From the NCBI RefSeq assembly GCF_000143415.4, contig NW_003314304.1, positions 1,594,730 to 1,658,729 on the forward strand: a stretch of 64,000 nucleotides of DNA, written 5' to 3'. Under the pieces are notes generated by a model, which saw nothing but the letters and a program-made list of their open reading frames with translations, was not told the origin of the DNA and searched no databases. Source of the DNA: Selaginella moellendorffii (lineage: Eukaryota > Plantae > Lycopodiophyta). The translations under genes and the position numbers were made by a program. Below are positions 33,312-46,421 of the stretch, piece after piece (within the stretch, counting starts at the first letter, position 1; every line of letters begins with the position of its first letter).

Positions 33312-34457
33312 GTCCGTGATCTCTGAAAGTTCTAGCTGAAAATTAAATGAATAGATTACAATTATTCCCAGAGGTATGGTGAGTGCTCTCCTTTTCTAGA
33401 GGCAATGCCATTGACATGAAACAACTAGTATACAATCTCTGCGTCCCATCATCAATGGTGATAGAATTTTGCCTTTGCTCTTCTGAAATCTTGGATTTCT
33501 TGGAGGCCGGTTCAAGGCACTTTGGCGTCTGAGCTGCAGCCTTGGTTTCTGTCGACCGCAGTGCTGCTGGAGCAGCCTCCTTTGGCTCCTTCTTGCACTG
33601 CTGGTTCACCTCAACCTTTTGCTGGAACTGAAACATGTTTTTCAAGTTCTTGGCTTGTGCTTCGATTTGGAGCTGGAGAAAAGAACAGGACCCAGAGTTT
33701 TACACCGGAAAGAAAAAAGAGAAAACGTTACCTCCAGCTGTGCGTGTAGTTGCTTCTGTACTTCTAGTGTCCTGCCAGAGAAAGAAATAAGGAACAAGTA
33801 CTAAATAAGAAAGAAATTTCCTCAAAGAACTTACGCGTCAAAGTTAGGAGCAGTGTTTCTCTTCTTGGTTTTGCTGAAACGCATGAACTATTAATGTCAC
33901 GCCATAATTTGGTATGTCCTTTAGGAGGCAAAAGCTTGAATCTTTGGAGTGAAAGCTTCTCCTTCCATTTTCGAAAGCTTATTGAGAGACGCAGAATACA
34001 AACCTCTCCGTTGCTACTGAGAGTTTGATCCCTGTCGTTCCGACCTGTGCCCGTATTCCTGGCTCTTTCCTGGAGAGCTTGTCTTCCGCGGCTATTTGAA
34101 AAGCTCGCGCTTGAGTGTGTCTTATTCTCGCTTTTGATCCTGATGTCACCCTGTTCTACACCATGAATGAATGAGTATAAATGCGTAAACATACCCTCGT
34201 CTTGTCGCAAATGTCGATCATAGGTGGAATGTACACGCGTGCGTTTGGATCCACATGCCATTCCATTAAGTGTAGAACTGGCTCCTTTTCAACGCGTTGT
34301 AAGTCGACCTCGACCATGGATCGTCGCACTACGGGCTCCATCACTGAGTGCGCATTTGTCTCGTTTTTCAATCTCAGCAAACCTGGAATATATTTGGTTA
34401 CCTGGACGATGACTCGTCCCTGCTTATTTTTCGCCAATCGTTGGTTGTGCGTTCTAC

Positions 34458-36013
34458 ATTAGGACCAAAGGCCTTCCCGCATAACCATCAAGCCACGTTT
34501 CGTGGATTCGTAATACACTCGCATAAGGCATGCCATCCTGTAAGAGAAGCAAAGCTGAATAACTCCACCAAAACAAAGCCATAAGAACGCCACCTTATAT
34601 TGAAACACGGCAGTTGTCAAGCGACGATTCAGCTCTTCGTCTGGAATGCACCAGCAAAAGAATAATGCATATGACTCAGAGAGAAGAACTTAACGTACCA
34701 GTTCGCTGCCACTTATCAAACTTGACAACCACCCACATCTGTGAATACCGTGGACGTAGAATCTCAACGCTTCTACGAAGATTGTCTTCTAGTCCCCACA
34801 GAGTGACCAGCCTTGAGTCAGGGGCCTGCCAGCCATTTTGTTGCTCAAGCATCCAAAACTACTAAACACGAGGAACTTACCATTGGCCTTTTCAAGTGCT
34901 CAATCACCCCGTGGGAGCTTTCAACCTCGCCTCATAACCATCTCACACAGTAGCACCACTTCACGTACCCTCCAGCAGTGAGCTGGCTCAGTAGGCCGGC
35001 ATCCCTGGGCGAAACACAAGGATTAAACTTGAACTTGTAAGATTCCCGAAGCGCATCTTTCAGTGCCACGAAAGATCTTGGGATTGTCTTTGGCATTATC
35101 AAGGTACCACTGCGTAAGATCTTCAAACGCATTCCCAACCTGAGATCGTCCGTGAGTGAGTGAGTGATCAATCGACTTCAAGAACTTACGATCACTCCAA
35201 AAACGTCTTTGACGGCAAAGCGACAAGAACTTTCTGAGGAGCTCTGCCTTCCCTCATGAGCTGTCCCTTGTCAGCTGCTCAAGGGAGAACATCCATATCC
35301 TGTCCTCCGCTGTATGTGATTTTTACATCCAACTGGAAGAACAAAAAGAAAAAGGATTAGATCACAAAAGCTTCGAACGATCCTCTAAAAACTTGGCCCA
35401 CACTCGATCAATCTCTTCAACAGTGTCTCCACAACCCGAGGAGCCTCTGCCTTCTCCAGCTTGAAGCTGACTTTGTGAGGTTGCTGTTCTGTTTGTTCCT
35501 ACAGGAAAAAAAAAAAAAAGAAGCCAGAGCACGAGATAGAGAAAAACGTTGTAAACACCATCAAAGAGAGGATATGGAATTTTTCTACCTGGATTGTAAG
35601 CTCTGGAAACTTGGAAGTCTCTTCCAAACAGCCCTATCCCACCCCTTGTCTAGTTCTTGCTCTCATCCAGAATCTGGAACTATGGCATCGCCGTACATAA
35701 TCTCCGTCCCCACAGACAAGATCGTGACCTCCGGCGTGAGCAACGGCCTCTCCCGCCTCAGCAGGCGATACCTCGTCGGCGATCTTCCAGTCGAGAACAC
35801 CAGAAGCGAGTCATGGAAATAATCCGCGGCCCAGAGCGCATTGAAGAAGAAACAAGCGGCATTGCGATGCGTACCATTGTTCCATCGAGATCGGAGACGA
35901 TCGCGAGCCCCCTACAAAACGCCTTCTTCGAAGGCGATCGATCTGGCGCGGCTGGGTACCTGGGCAATGCGCGGTAGCCGGGCAATGCGCGAGCATTCAA
36001 ATCTTGCCGCCAT
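34458..36013 (-). pseudogene. SPP: Sucrose-phosphatase (HAD-family S6PP) pseudogene
   Basis: [91 protein letters not shown]; stops and frameshifts. Confidence 0.88.
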
Positions 36014-36139
36014 TCATAAACCCTACCCTCCATTACAAATGAAGGAAAACCCTAGTGAATTTTCTCCTTTAGCTAATCTACAAGAACCCTAAAAGCATAT
36101 GCATAGTATCCCACGAATCTTTTGAGATTTTTCTCTAGT

Positions 36140-36672
36140 TTCCAACTTGTCTCCCCAATCTCGTAGCCTCTTAGAAACGCACGAAGAGGACCACTCTCTC
36201 ATTCAGCGATACCGCCGAATCGTAAAAGGGATCTTCCCTTCACATAGAAATCTGCAAAAAACATTCAAGAGTCGCTCCACACAAATTCCTTTTCAGAGTT
36301 TCTATACCTCGAATGGATCTGTCTCACCCTCCAGTTCCGCCATCACTGGAGCGTTCATACTGTTGTTGTTCAATCACGAAAGAAAAACAACTTAAGAGTT
36401 CTCACTAGCAAGACCAAGAAGCCCATGTCCCAAGCACGCGAGCTCTCTCATACTTGGTCAAATTCCAGTGCTTCCTCATTGTTTTCTTGCTCTTCAACCT
36501 CTTCCTGGAAGAGCAATCCAAGGCACAAAATTGCTGCTTGAAATGGAGCAGAACAATATTACCTCGGGCTCCACAGGCTCATCGTAATCGCAATACACAG
36601 CATTAGACGATGGAAGGGCAGAACTGACTCCTCGCTGCCACCATCAAAATCGTTGTAATCGCTGTCCACCAT
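36140..36672 (-). pseudogene. NRPB6: RNA polymerase common subunit RPB6 pseudogene
   Basis: MVDSDYNDF.., LTKYERARVLGT, SMNAPVMAELEGETDPFE, KIPFTIRRY; frameshifting deletions. Confidence 0.85.
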
Positions 36673-37499
36673 CTCCAAAATCTTGGCTAGCAGTGAATAT
36701 GGCATGGAGGTCTGTGGTTTAATTTTCATGACGCTAGTGAAATAAGTTAGTTAAAGGATGTGAAAATGATAATTTTTAATTAATATTTTGATAAATAATA
36801 TTATAATAATGCATACTTATCATAAATAAGACTATTAATTATAGTATTATCTTTTTGAAATTAAAGCTGAAGATAACCACAACCTGCAACAGAAACATTC
36901 AAAATTAGCATCAATCACTAAAATTAATATGTTTTAAAAATATTAAGCTTACAAATTGAAACTGTGAAGTAAATATAATCTCCAGGGAAATACTCTTAAA
37001 ATTTATTTATTTTAACAACAAAAATTGAAAATGTTAGCAAAATATTTATAACAAACTCATATAAAATGACATAAATATGGTGAATATTTACACTCTTAAA
37101 ACTATATATGAAATTTACAAAAAACATTTGGTAGTATCATAGTTCTAAAGGGAAAACTTTATGTAGATATTAATAGTTATTCTCATGTTACACAAAAATT
37201 ATTATTAGAAATTGTTTCTTCTGAAATGCTGAAATTGATTTTAGAGCTGATGGAAGGCCAAAATTATCTAGCTTAATGGAGGTACGTTCATAGTTTTTAT
37301 CAGAAAAACATATAATATGGAGTTTTATTTACACACAATAAATTTAGAAAAAAAAAAGACAAATAGTCAATTTTGTTTATAAATATAACTTATATTTTCT
37401 CAAAATTAATTTAGTCCAAGACATTAATCTTTACTATTAAAAATAAATGATAGATAATTAGAGGTTTGTGACTTTTAAATTATCACTACTCACACAATT

Positions 37500-39990
37500 A
37501 GGAATTCCAAGCTATCAATGGTGGCAATAAATTTTCCATGGTGTAGTTTTTAGTCCAAGAGTCTAATTTGGCAATCTTACTCTAGCTATTACAATCTTTC
37601 CACTATTGATACCCATTGTGGCTTCATTTAACTCCACATTCTTTTACTTTCAATGAAATGGTATAGTCTTGTCTCTTTCTTCCTTTCACCTTCTTTTTTT
37701 ATTTTTCACTATGTAGTGAGAGAAATGCTTTCACTTGTAAGTTTCTCGCAAGTGAATGAATAAAACTTGATTAACTTTTACAACTTGCTGCCCAAGTGAG
37801 TAATATAATATGCTCTTACAACCAAGTGAATAGTGTTTTGATTTGTGTTAATCAAAGTTTGCTCACAAATTTAATGCAATATAGGTGGGGATGTAATAAG
37901 TTTGTTCTTCTTTCTCTTCAAGAAAAATCACTCTTTTACTTCTTGTTAAATATATAGTTTTTGATTGTGATGCTCTTCACTTTTTTTTAAAGGCGCAACA
38001 TATGCTCCTTTAGCCAAAGATGTAGTTGTTGATTCCATGTCATAGGTAAAAGTTTGATAATTAAGATTGTTGCAAGTCTTTGGACCAACTTCTAAACTTT
38101 TACCAAGTTTATCTTAAACCAATAAGTTTGAAGATTTTTCTTGACAAACATGAGAAATCAACACTTCAAGCTGGAAAGATCACCAAGGCCAACCTTGACT
38201 AAATAGCCATTGTTTTTTAGGAGGATAATTCCTTGCCCCAAAGTGGTTGATAGTGATGTTAGTTTACTTGTAAATACTAATAGTATAGTAGCTTTGACTC
38301 AATGTTCAAAATGATCCATTATATATTAAGATAGCATTAGTATCTTGGTTCCTTGAGAATTTGCCCATTGGGTATTGGAAAAGTTTTAATGTTCATTTGC
38401 TATAATTTGTTGGTTATCCATTAACACTTAGAGTAAATTGTTAAATGGAGAAAGTTGTAAATAACTAAATTTTCCTTTCTACTTTAGTCACTTAATCACA
38501 CTTTTGCCTATTTGAAAGAGTCTTGCTCACAACCTCTATGAGTCTTATTTCTAACTTGGGACATACTAACCCCATGAATGACATCTATACCATTTAGCTT
38601 TTGCACTTGGTCCAAGTGGTCCACATGTTTGATCCTATGACCGACACCCAAAGGTATCACCAACATATCAGCATATTACACTAATTCACCCTTATTACAT
38701 CGAGTACAAAACTATTTGCATCATAGTCTCATCTCTCAAAGACTACCCTTGACCACACTTTATCACCCCTAAGATGCTTGGAGACATAAGGAACACCCTT
38801 CCCCAATATCGCTTCTTCCATCCCCACCAAGTCCTTCTTCATCCATAGCTGCACTCGCCAACACCACCACTAGATCAAGGCCTAAAGGCCCGATTACTAA
38901 GTCCCACTATCTTCTGGGACTTCTTCACCATATAACTATATCTTTGATGACTTACACTAGAGGATTGCTCCTCTTCTTTTTCATAGTTTGGGATTTCGAA
39001 ACAACATTTCAAAACACCATAACCTTACACGAGCCTTGTGGGTACCGTCCCCACCTTCCGCCTTTAGGCACCCTAGCCATGTGGCTAGAGTGAGGTTTCA
39101 ATAAGTCATGCTAGGTATCCAAATAGGTAGTGACACCCACACTTGGATTGGGAGCATCGACCATTCAATCTCCTGGAAGAGCTAGAGTCGGTTCTTGAAC
39201 ATTTCACCAAATTGCCCCATTTGTCTATCTGTATTTACTTTAACCTTAGACTCTTCAGTAGTTTTATCATCACCCACCACGTGGGTATAGCCTTTCTTGG
39301 TCACACTAGTCTTTCCTATTTGAGTCCTCCCCCTACTATACTTTTGGACCTCACCAAACCCCCTAAGGTCTAGGAAACAAACGCTTTAGGCTTTTACCCT
39401 CAGACTCAAACTCGGTCTCAGTCTTAGTATCAATCTCGGTCTCAGCCTCGGTCTCAATCTTGGTTCCGGCCTCGGTCTCGGTCTTGACCTCAGACTCCAT
39501 CTTGAACTCCATCTTGGACTCCATCTCAGGTCCATCTCGGATTCCATCTCGAGTCCATCTCAGACTCCATTTCAGACTCCATCTTGGGTCCATCTCGGAC
39601 TCCATCTCCAGTTCATCTCAGACTCCTTCTCAAGTCCATCTCAAACTCCTTTTCGGGTCTATCTCGGACTCTTTTTCAGACTCTATCTCAGACTCTTTCT
39701 CGGACTCTTTTTCAGACTCTATCTTAGACTCTTTCTCGGACTCCATTCTGGACTCCATCTCGACATTTCTATGTGTTATGTGTTGGTCCTCTTGTGTCCT
39801 TTTTCTAGAGATTCACTTACTGCTTGCTTCGTGCTCGTTCCTCAAGCACTTCCTTGGGAATTTCACTCTCACTCTTGACTATCCAAGTTGAAGCTTTTAA
39901 TCCAAACATGTTACACTCATTTGGCTTCTGCTTCGGCCACTACCATATGGCACTTTTTTAGCTCCACTTTGGGGCTTAGGGATTTGTGTC
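37500..39990. mobile_element. Degenerate retroelement-like relic within AT-rich block 36.7-41.9 kb
   Basis: 37560-38200 is homologous to 4390-5340; no intact ORF; includes a minisatellite. Confidence 0.4.
39402..39763. repeat. 12-bp-unit minisatellite (gactccatctc(a/g) variants)
   Basis: Many degenerate units, e.g. gactccatcttg, gactccatctca, gactctttctcg. Confidence 0.9.
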
Positions 39991-42084
39991 TCACAAAAGT
40001 ATGAAATTGAGGTATTCATATTGCTATAGAACATATATTAACACTTTAATTGCAAACAACTAAATTGAACATCACCATCTTTAGCTAAGGTGCATAGCCA
40101 TTATGACCAAGTTAAAATGATAGAGTTTAAACAAATGTAAAGAGTAATCTACCACCAAGCATAATGCTACAAAGCACTTGTGTTAGTAGAAGTGGCATTG
40201 TGATATTAGAATGATGAAAAATTTTCCTTAAAGTGTGATTTTCTATGTCATTTTTCTTGTTAATATTTTGACTTTACATTAGATTTTGAAGGTGATTAAT
40301 AAGATTGTTGGTAGAAGGTCATAAGAAATTATGTTGAGGTGAATGTATATAAAGTTATAGAAAGTTGTAGAAATGAGAAAGTTGGTTGAGTTATTACAAA
40401 TTTGTAAAGGGGTTGAAGTTGACTTTGGTTATATTAAACCTAAATAGGTAGTTTATATAATACATAACTTTTGGGGTTGGATAGAAGTTGGACAAGTCAA
40501 AAAATGATTATTAGTTATCTCATGATTGATGATTGTTTGTAGACTGGTCAAGGGCTATTAATACTTTACTTAGCTCGATGATAATTTACCAATGATAGGC
40601 TTACTATATTAGATGTGTTGCAAGGGATTGTGCCATTAGATTTGCATAGTTTTTCCATATTGATATGTCGATTCCACCTTTGTCAATATTGACTGGTAGC
40701 ATTTAGTATGTGATGTTGGATTGTATTGAGTCTTAAATATGGTAATTCATTCCTTGATAATGTCTTATATATTAAAGGATTAATCTCATATACTAAATAT
40801 AGTATCTTTGATTTTAATTAGCTTAATTGTTAAAGAGCATATCAGTAGTCAAAGACCATCTGCATCACCATCCCATCTCTCAAAGACTGGGCTATCCATC
40901 TATAAGTGGTCATCCCTTGATCAGTTATGTGTTAATATCAACATTAATTAAGTTAAGATTTAAGTGAGATGAGATGTTTCTCTATAAGTATACTGAGGAA
41001 GTTAAATATTTTAATTTGTAGTTATTCAAATGATTAGTGATCATTTGGGTTCATTGAAAATTTACAGTTTGTTTCATTAGTTTGATTTTGGCTTTAGTTT
41101 TGTGTTGTTAACATTTGTGCATTTGCTAATTGGTATTTAAATGCTGAGTGACAAATTGAGTTAATCTTGTTTTAGACAAGATTGTTTAATAGCTTCAATT
41201 GATTATTAACTTTTCATTTTGTAAAGTTAGCATAAACTATCCTAAATCACTTTTTAAGGAAAAGCCAAAGTCTCATTGGGGATTATATTAATTATTAATG
41301 ATTCATATTATAAAGTGAGTTAAGTCTTGCTATAGATAGATGTATTCATGAAAATTAATTTAGTGATCATTTGTTGAGTCTAGCTTTGTCATCTTGGCTT
41401 TTAAATTGATGTAAATGTACTTTCAATTAGCTTTTGCATTATAAAATTTGGCTTGTGAATGTGTTGAAGAAGATATTGTGGGTTATACCATAAATTATTC
41501 TTTAGCATTGAAGCTAATTAATACAAGATTTGTGATCATGATTTACTTATAAAATTCTTTAAGCTTTTAGTCTTAAATTTTTATGTTCATTATTCCATTT
41601 GCTAGGAGTTGTCAAGAAAGGCATTTTATGTCTTTAGTTCTAATGTTGAAGGTAGTATTTATATATAGTAATTATTACTAATAATTGATTGTCATCTAGG
41701 ATAGTTGATTATCCTTATCAAAGGTCTTTCTTAATTATTGTTGGTGATAAATTTCTTTGGGATGGTAAATTATTCTATAATGGTGATTATGCAGCTTTAT
41801 TAAATAAATGATTGATAATCTTTGATGATAGTTAATTTGTTCTTTAATGGTTTTTGGCTTTTGGCATTATCAGACATTCTATTAATATATTGCCATAAGC
41901 AAACTAGCTATATTTCTAGGCAAATCAAGAACAAGGGAAGATTATCTCTCTCTCACCAACATCAGCTTGACTGCGATCTCAACTGGTCCATTGCCATGCA
42001 CCTCATAACTTACTCCCATTCAATTGATCACAATCAATCACTCAAATCACAACAGTTATGGCTAACAAGGTGGTGGCCTAGCAA

Positions 42085-42200
42085 AGTGGCAGCCCAACAA
42101 TGCAGCACCAGAATCTGGGCAACCTCCCCAAGCACAAGCAATCAGATCAACAGTCCAAATGCTTGCACAACAAGATGAGATCTCAGTGGCAGTAAATATG
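42085..42200 (+). pseudogene. Small third EIN3 remnant
   Basis: gcagcaccagaatctgggcaacctccccaagcacaagcaatc matches the reverse complement of ~1486-1527. Confidence 0.7.
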
Positions 42201-43358
42201 TATACCTATAGATGAGAAGGTGGAGCTATGGATCACCACAAGCAAGGCAAATAATTCTCAGATAACAACAAACCGTCACGTTGATCCTGTGCAATTCCAA
42301 GGATGGACTGAAAAATAAAAGAAGCAGTTCCTTACAGTCAACTTTAAATGAATGATATTTACCATCAGAATGATCCATTTCCAAATTCCCCTTAGGAAAT
42401 TCTTAAGGGCATATTCTTTTCCATTTGAAAATCATAACGGCAGCGACCACAATTACGGGAACCGATTTGATCGACCAAACACCGAAAATCTTTCTCTGGA
42501 TCGAGATTCGAGAGAAACAGCCCTCGAGCAAGGGACCACAGCGGGTGGTAGCCTTCAATTCCCTCCAGATAACAACATCTCAAACATCCCGAGCTCCAGA
42601 CCCAGCTCCTAAGCTCCAGCTGCAGCTCCCGATTCTTACGAAGTCACTGTGCCAGCGGCAGCGACCTCTCCGCCATCGCCACCGAGCTCCGCTCCATTCC
42701 CCAAAACTCCCATTGTCGATCCCAGCACCGTCCTCGATGAGCAGCCGGTGGAAGATTGGGATCGGCATGGGCGTGTTCTTGGGCTCCGTTGCCGCGGTCT
42801 TCCCGTCGCTCGTGTTTCGCGAGAGTGGAGGATCCCATTCCGGGAAGAGCTTTAGAGTTGCTAGAAAAGATTAACTCTCCGGTTCTTTGTAGTCTTCTCC
42901 TGTATCATCGTTTGTGTTGAGCCTCGTCTAGGCAATCACGACACTCTCGAATTGCCAACCTGGGATCAAGAAAACAAACAGTCCACTGACTCCAGCGAAC
43001 TTAAAATCAACTTACAATCGCCAGTGATACGAAACAGCGTAAAAATGCGAGCTTATCTGCGTCTTGTCCTCTGGATATTGCCGAGTTCTTCTTGCTCCCA
43101 GGTCTCTGTTTGTTCCTTCCAGCGAAAGGTACGATTTTTCGCTGGAAAGAACAGCATCAAACTCCTATTGCCTGCAAAACAAAATAAGTGACAGACAAAA
43201 TGAGTGACGAGACGCCATTTTCGATTCGTACCGTCTGTGGATCCTCAACAACTGCTCGGACAAAAATCCTTCATCACAAAAGGCACTCCACCTTTCCTGC
43301 CAATGGAGCTTAGCTTTACATAAAACTCACCATAACTTTATTGTCGATGAAACTCTCA

Positions 43359-45147
43359 TCAGCCAAACAGGGAACCAACAACACCACCGACGACTTTCTC
43401 AGTGCCCTTGGTAACTCCACTAACCACAGTTCCCGTTCCGCTAACAACAGAACCCACAAGACCACCACTACCAGTGGCTGGTTTGGAAGCAGCCGAGCCA
43501 CTGATCACGCCCCTGACGTTGAAAATGGACACACCTTCGTAAACACCACCGATCTCGTCCTCCACTTTCGTGTCAATGCCGTCGAGTCGAGTAGCTTTGG
43601 TGGAGTACGTGAAGGGAACTCTGCATTTTCCCCTGGTGCACTCTACTGCCACCTTGGCCTGGAGCAAGAAAGAAAGGGAAAAGAATCAAATTGAATGAGC
43701 CTGAGGCTTGAAAACTTTCTCACCGCTCCTCCGGGAGGCTTTAATATGCTTTATTTCGTTAAAGTGGAATTTATTCAGTAAAGTGGGACATTAATTAGCA
43801 TGTGTCCACATGCCATTTCCTAGTACTTAATTAATATTTATTAATATTTCTATCAGTTTTTTAATTTATTTTTTATATTTCACAATATTATAACACAAAA
43901 TCATATGAAAAGTTTTTAATTTATAAATTATAAAGCTAAAACTTCAATTTTTTATTGCTGTTATAAAAATGGCATGTGGCCATACACCATATGTGGGATA
44001 ATGAAAAGTTCCACTTTAACGAAATAAAACATTAATGTCTTTAATGAGATAGCCGGACTGGAACGTAAGCAGGGTTCCGAGCTCGGTCTCGGTGGTTTTC
44101 TCCACCTCGACTGTGACGGTGGCTTCTACGGAGGCGATCTCGGGGATTCCAGCGCTCACGGTCAGGCTGGTTTCCAGTCCCACCGTCTGGGACGTCATCC
44201 AGCGGTTGCTCGTTGATACGGACTCGGTGAAGCTGACTTGAACCTGGAGGTCGGCGTTCTGGCCACCGTTGTTCTCAGGGGACGGATATCGGTCACCTCC
44301 GCAAGCCCGAGCAGGTACTTCACGTTGAAGATGTGCTTGTTGCTGGTTTCCTCGTAGAAGTGTGTCGCAGCGTTGTCGACATTCGTGGCGGTGGCCTTGA
44401 GCTTGTGGTCCTTGTCACTGCGGATGACAAAGAGGTCGGAGTCATCTCCGACGCAGCGGATGGTGATCATGTTCTTGCTCACTCTGGATGAAGTGGCAGA
44501 AAGGATCCTCGGGAGCGGCTTCTTTCTTTGTGTCTGCGATGATATCGTTGTCAGTGTCCCGGCGCCAGAAGAGCTTGCTGGTAACGCTCTGGAAGATAAA
44601 GTTCCCGTCCACAAGTGGCGTGGCCTGGAAAGCTCCCTCGAGCTCGCGGCTGTCCATGTTGCACCACAACGACCTATCTCCCGAAGAGGCGGATAGAAAC
44701 TTGCCGTTGTTGAACTTGAGCATTAAGAAAGTCGGGAAGTTGAGAGCAAGGCTTTCGGCGCTCTGCACTTCGGCCGGTGGGAAAACGTCGAGACGTCGAT
44801 TGTGGACTTGATAATGATCTTGTTCTTGGCATCCGGAGCTTCGACGATCTGGAAATGATAAGCTTTGTCGCTTGGATCCTTGGGCTCTTCATGGTCTGAC
44901 GGAATTGTTCCTGGCGAAGAATTGTCGTAAAATCTCCTCCAGAAGCGACCGTTTGGAGCACGGATCATCACCGTCGAATCCGAGTTGTCTTTGGAGTTGT
45001 AGAGAGCTTCATATGTTGAAAGACGGGTTCTCTCCTTGGAGGAGAAGAAGTTGAAAGGGAGGTAGTTCAAAACAGCACTCAGTATCAGGTAGTTCCCTTC
45101 GGCATTTTTCAGCGGGAAGTAGTGCGGGAGCCTTGTTGGACGTCATC
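43359..45147 (-). pseudogene. Agglutinin-aerolysin pseudogene (frameshifts, MITE insertion)
   Basis: Fragments NYLPFNFFSSKERTRL, LALNFPTFLMLK, SQTVGLETSLTVSAGIPEIAS and AKVAVECTRGKCRVPF are near-identical to 58477-60051. Confidence 0.9.
43740..44036. mobile_element. ~300-bp AT-rich MITE
   Basis: TIRs tttatttcgttaaagtggaa (~43749) and ttccactttaacgaaataaa (~44010), plus an inner inverted pair ccacatgccattt/aaatggcatgtgg; absent at the matching site (~59650) of the intact gene; both ends TTAA-like. Confidence 0.85.
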
Positions 45148-45887
45148 CCTCCTACCAAGAAAATTGTTACCGAGAGCAAAGCATAAGAGCAATGCATGGA
45201 GCAACTTACAGCTTGAAATGCAATAGGATGATGTTGTATGAAGACTAGCAGCTAAAATTTATACAGCGGCAGAAGCATCTTGTGACAAGATGGCCACAAG
45301 CGCTAGCAACAAAACGTCAATATTGGTCGTGCGTGATTCAAGAGAAGGATCGCAAAGAAAAAACACAGCATCGTACCGTCAACTTTAGATGAATGATACA
45401 TAACACCTTCTTTGAGTATTAAATTCCCTCAAGGGTCATCCTCTACAGATACACACTGTAAGAACATCATAAACACGTGCTTACTTGGTCGAGCTCTCAA
45501 CGGTTCTGCCATCTATCTTGGTAGCTTCACAGTTTCTCGGATCATAACCAGGTTGATCTGCTATTGGATTCTTGTCTAGCACCAGCAAATCTGCGTAAGC
45601 TCCCTCCAATCTGACCATCCACTGCGCACAAGTACTTGTCGCAGACTTAAGAATCGCTATAGGAGACTGCACGCGTGATAGTAGAGAAAACTCCTCGAGC
45701 ACCATCACCACCAAGAGCTGGATTTGCTGGAGCAGCAACGTATGGATATTCAGATCCTTCCTTGTGGAATCCAAGCGTCTGATCGCGCAGCTTCTCACAG
45801 CGGTGCTGCTGCTCCTTGTGTTGACGATCTTGTCCAGCAGTGGAAAAACGAACCTGGTGAGCGGATAGACGCCTCCGTGATCCTTCC

Positions 45888-46201
45888 NNNNNNNNNNNNN
45901 NNNNNNNNNNNNNNNNNNNNNNNNNNNNNNNNNNNNNNNNNNNNNNNNNNNNNNNNNNNNNNNNNNNNNNNNNNNNNNNNNNNNNNNNNNNNNNNNNNNN
46001 NNNNNNNNNNNNNNNNNNNNNNNNNNNNNNNNNNNNNNNNNNNNNNNNNNNNNNNNNNNNNNNNNNNNNNNNNNNNNNNNNNNNNNNNNNNNNNNNNNNN
46101 NNNNNNNNNNNNNNNNNNNNNNNNNNNNNNNNNNNNNNNNNNNNNNNNNNNNNNNNNNNNNNNNNNNNNNNNNNNNNNNNNNNNNNNNNNNNNNNNNNNN
46201 N
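45888..46201. other. Assembly gap (Ns)
   Basis: Run of n. Confidence 1.
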
Positions 46202-46421
46202 AGAGATTTATAGTAGCCGTAGAGTACGACTCCGGGCTTTGTTAAAGAGAATAAACGAGAGAACGCCAGGTCTCATGTAAGTATTAGATGTACGTATGGA
46301 AACTTATTTTTCCATGATTTATCCATACTAGCCATCCATTCCTCTCCTAATTTTAGGGGAGCTGAGTATATTCTAAAACCGATACGAGACAACGAGTTTG
46401 AGCAAGATCATAGCATTAGTT

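Larger units (their letters stand above)
17336..33466. repeat. Segmental duplication unit 2
   Basis: Colinear with unit 1, with different internal deletions and an SPP-derived insert. Confidence 0.95.
42214..45887 (-). repeat. Decayed inverted duplicate of 55540-61296
   Basis: Reverse-complement matches to the AGP-like gene, methyltransferase fragment, agglutinin-aerolysin gene, amidohydrolase 3' end and trihelix 5' part; runs into the N gap. Confidence 0.93.

Noticed and set aside
1-33466. Haplotype mis-assembly or Helitron/Pack-MULE capture as cause of the duplication
   Set aside because: Units differ by large reciprocal indels and heavy LRR divergence; no TIR/TSD or Helitron termini were found at the unit ends.
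39363-39891. ORFs of 80 and 143 aa
   Set aside because: Artefacts of the 12-bp minisatellite.
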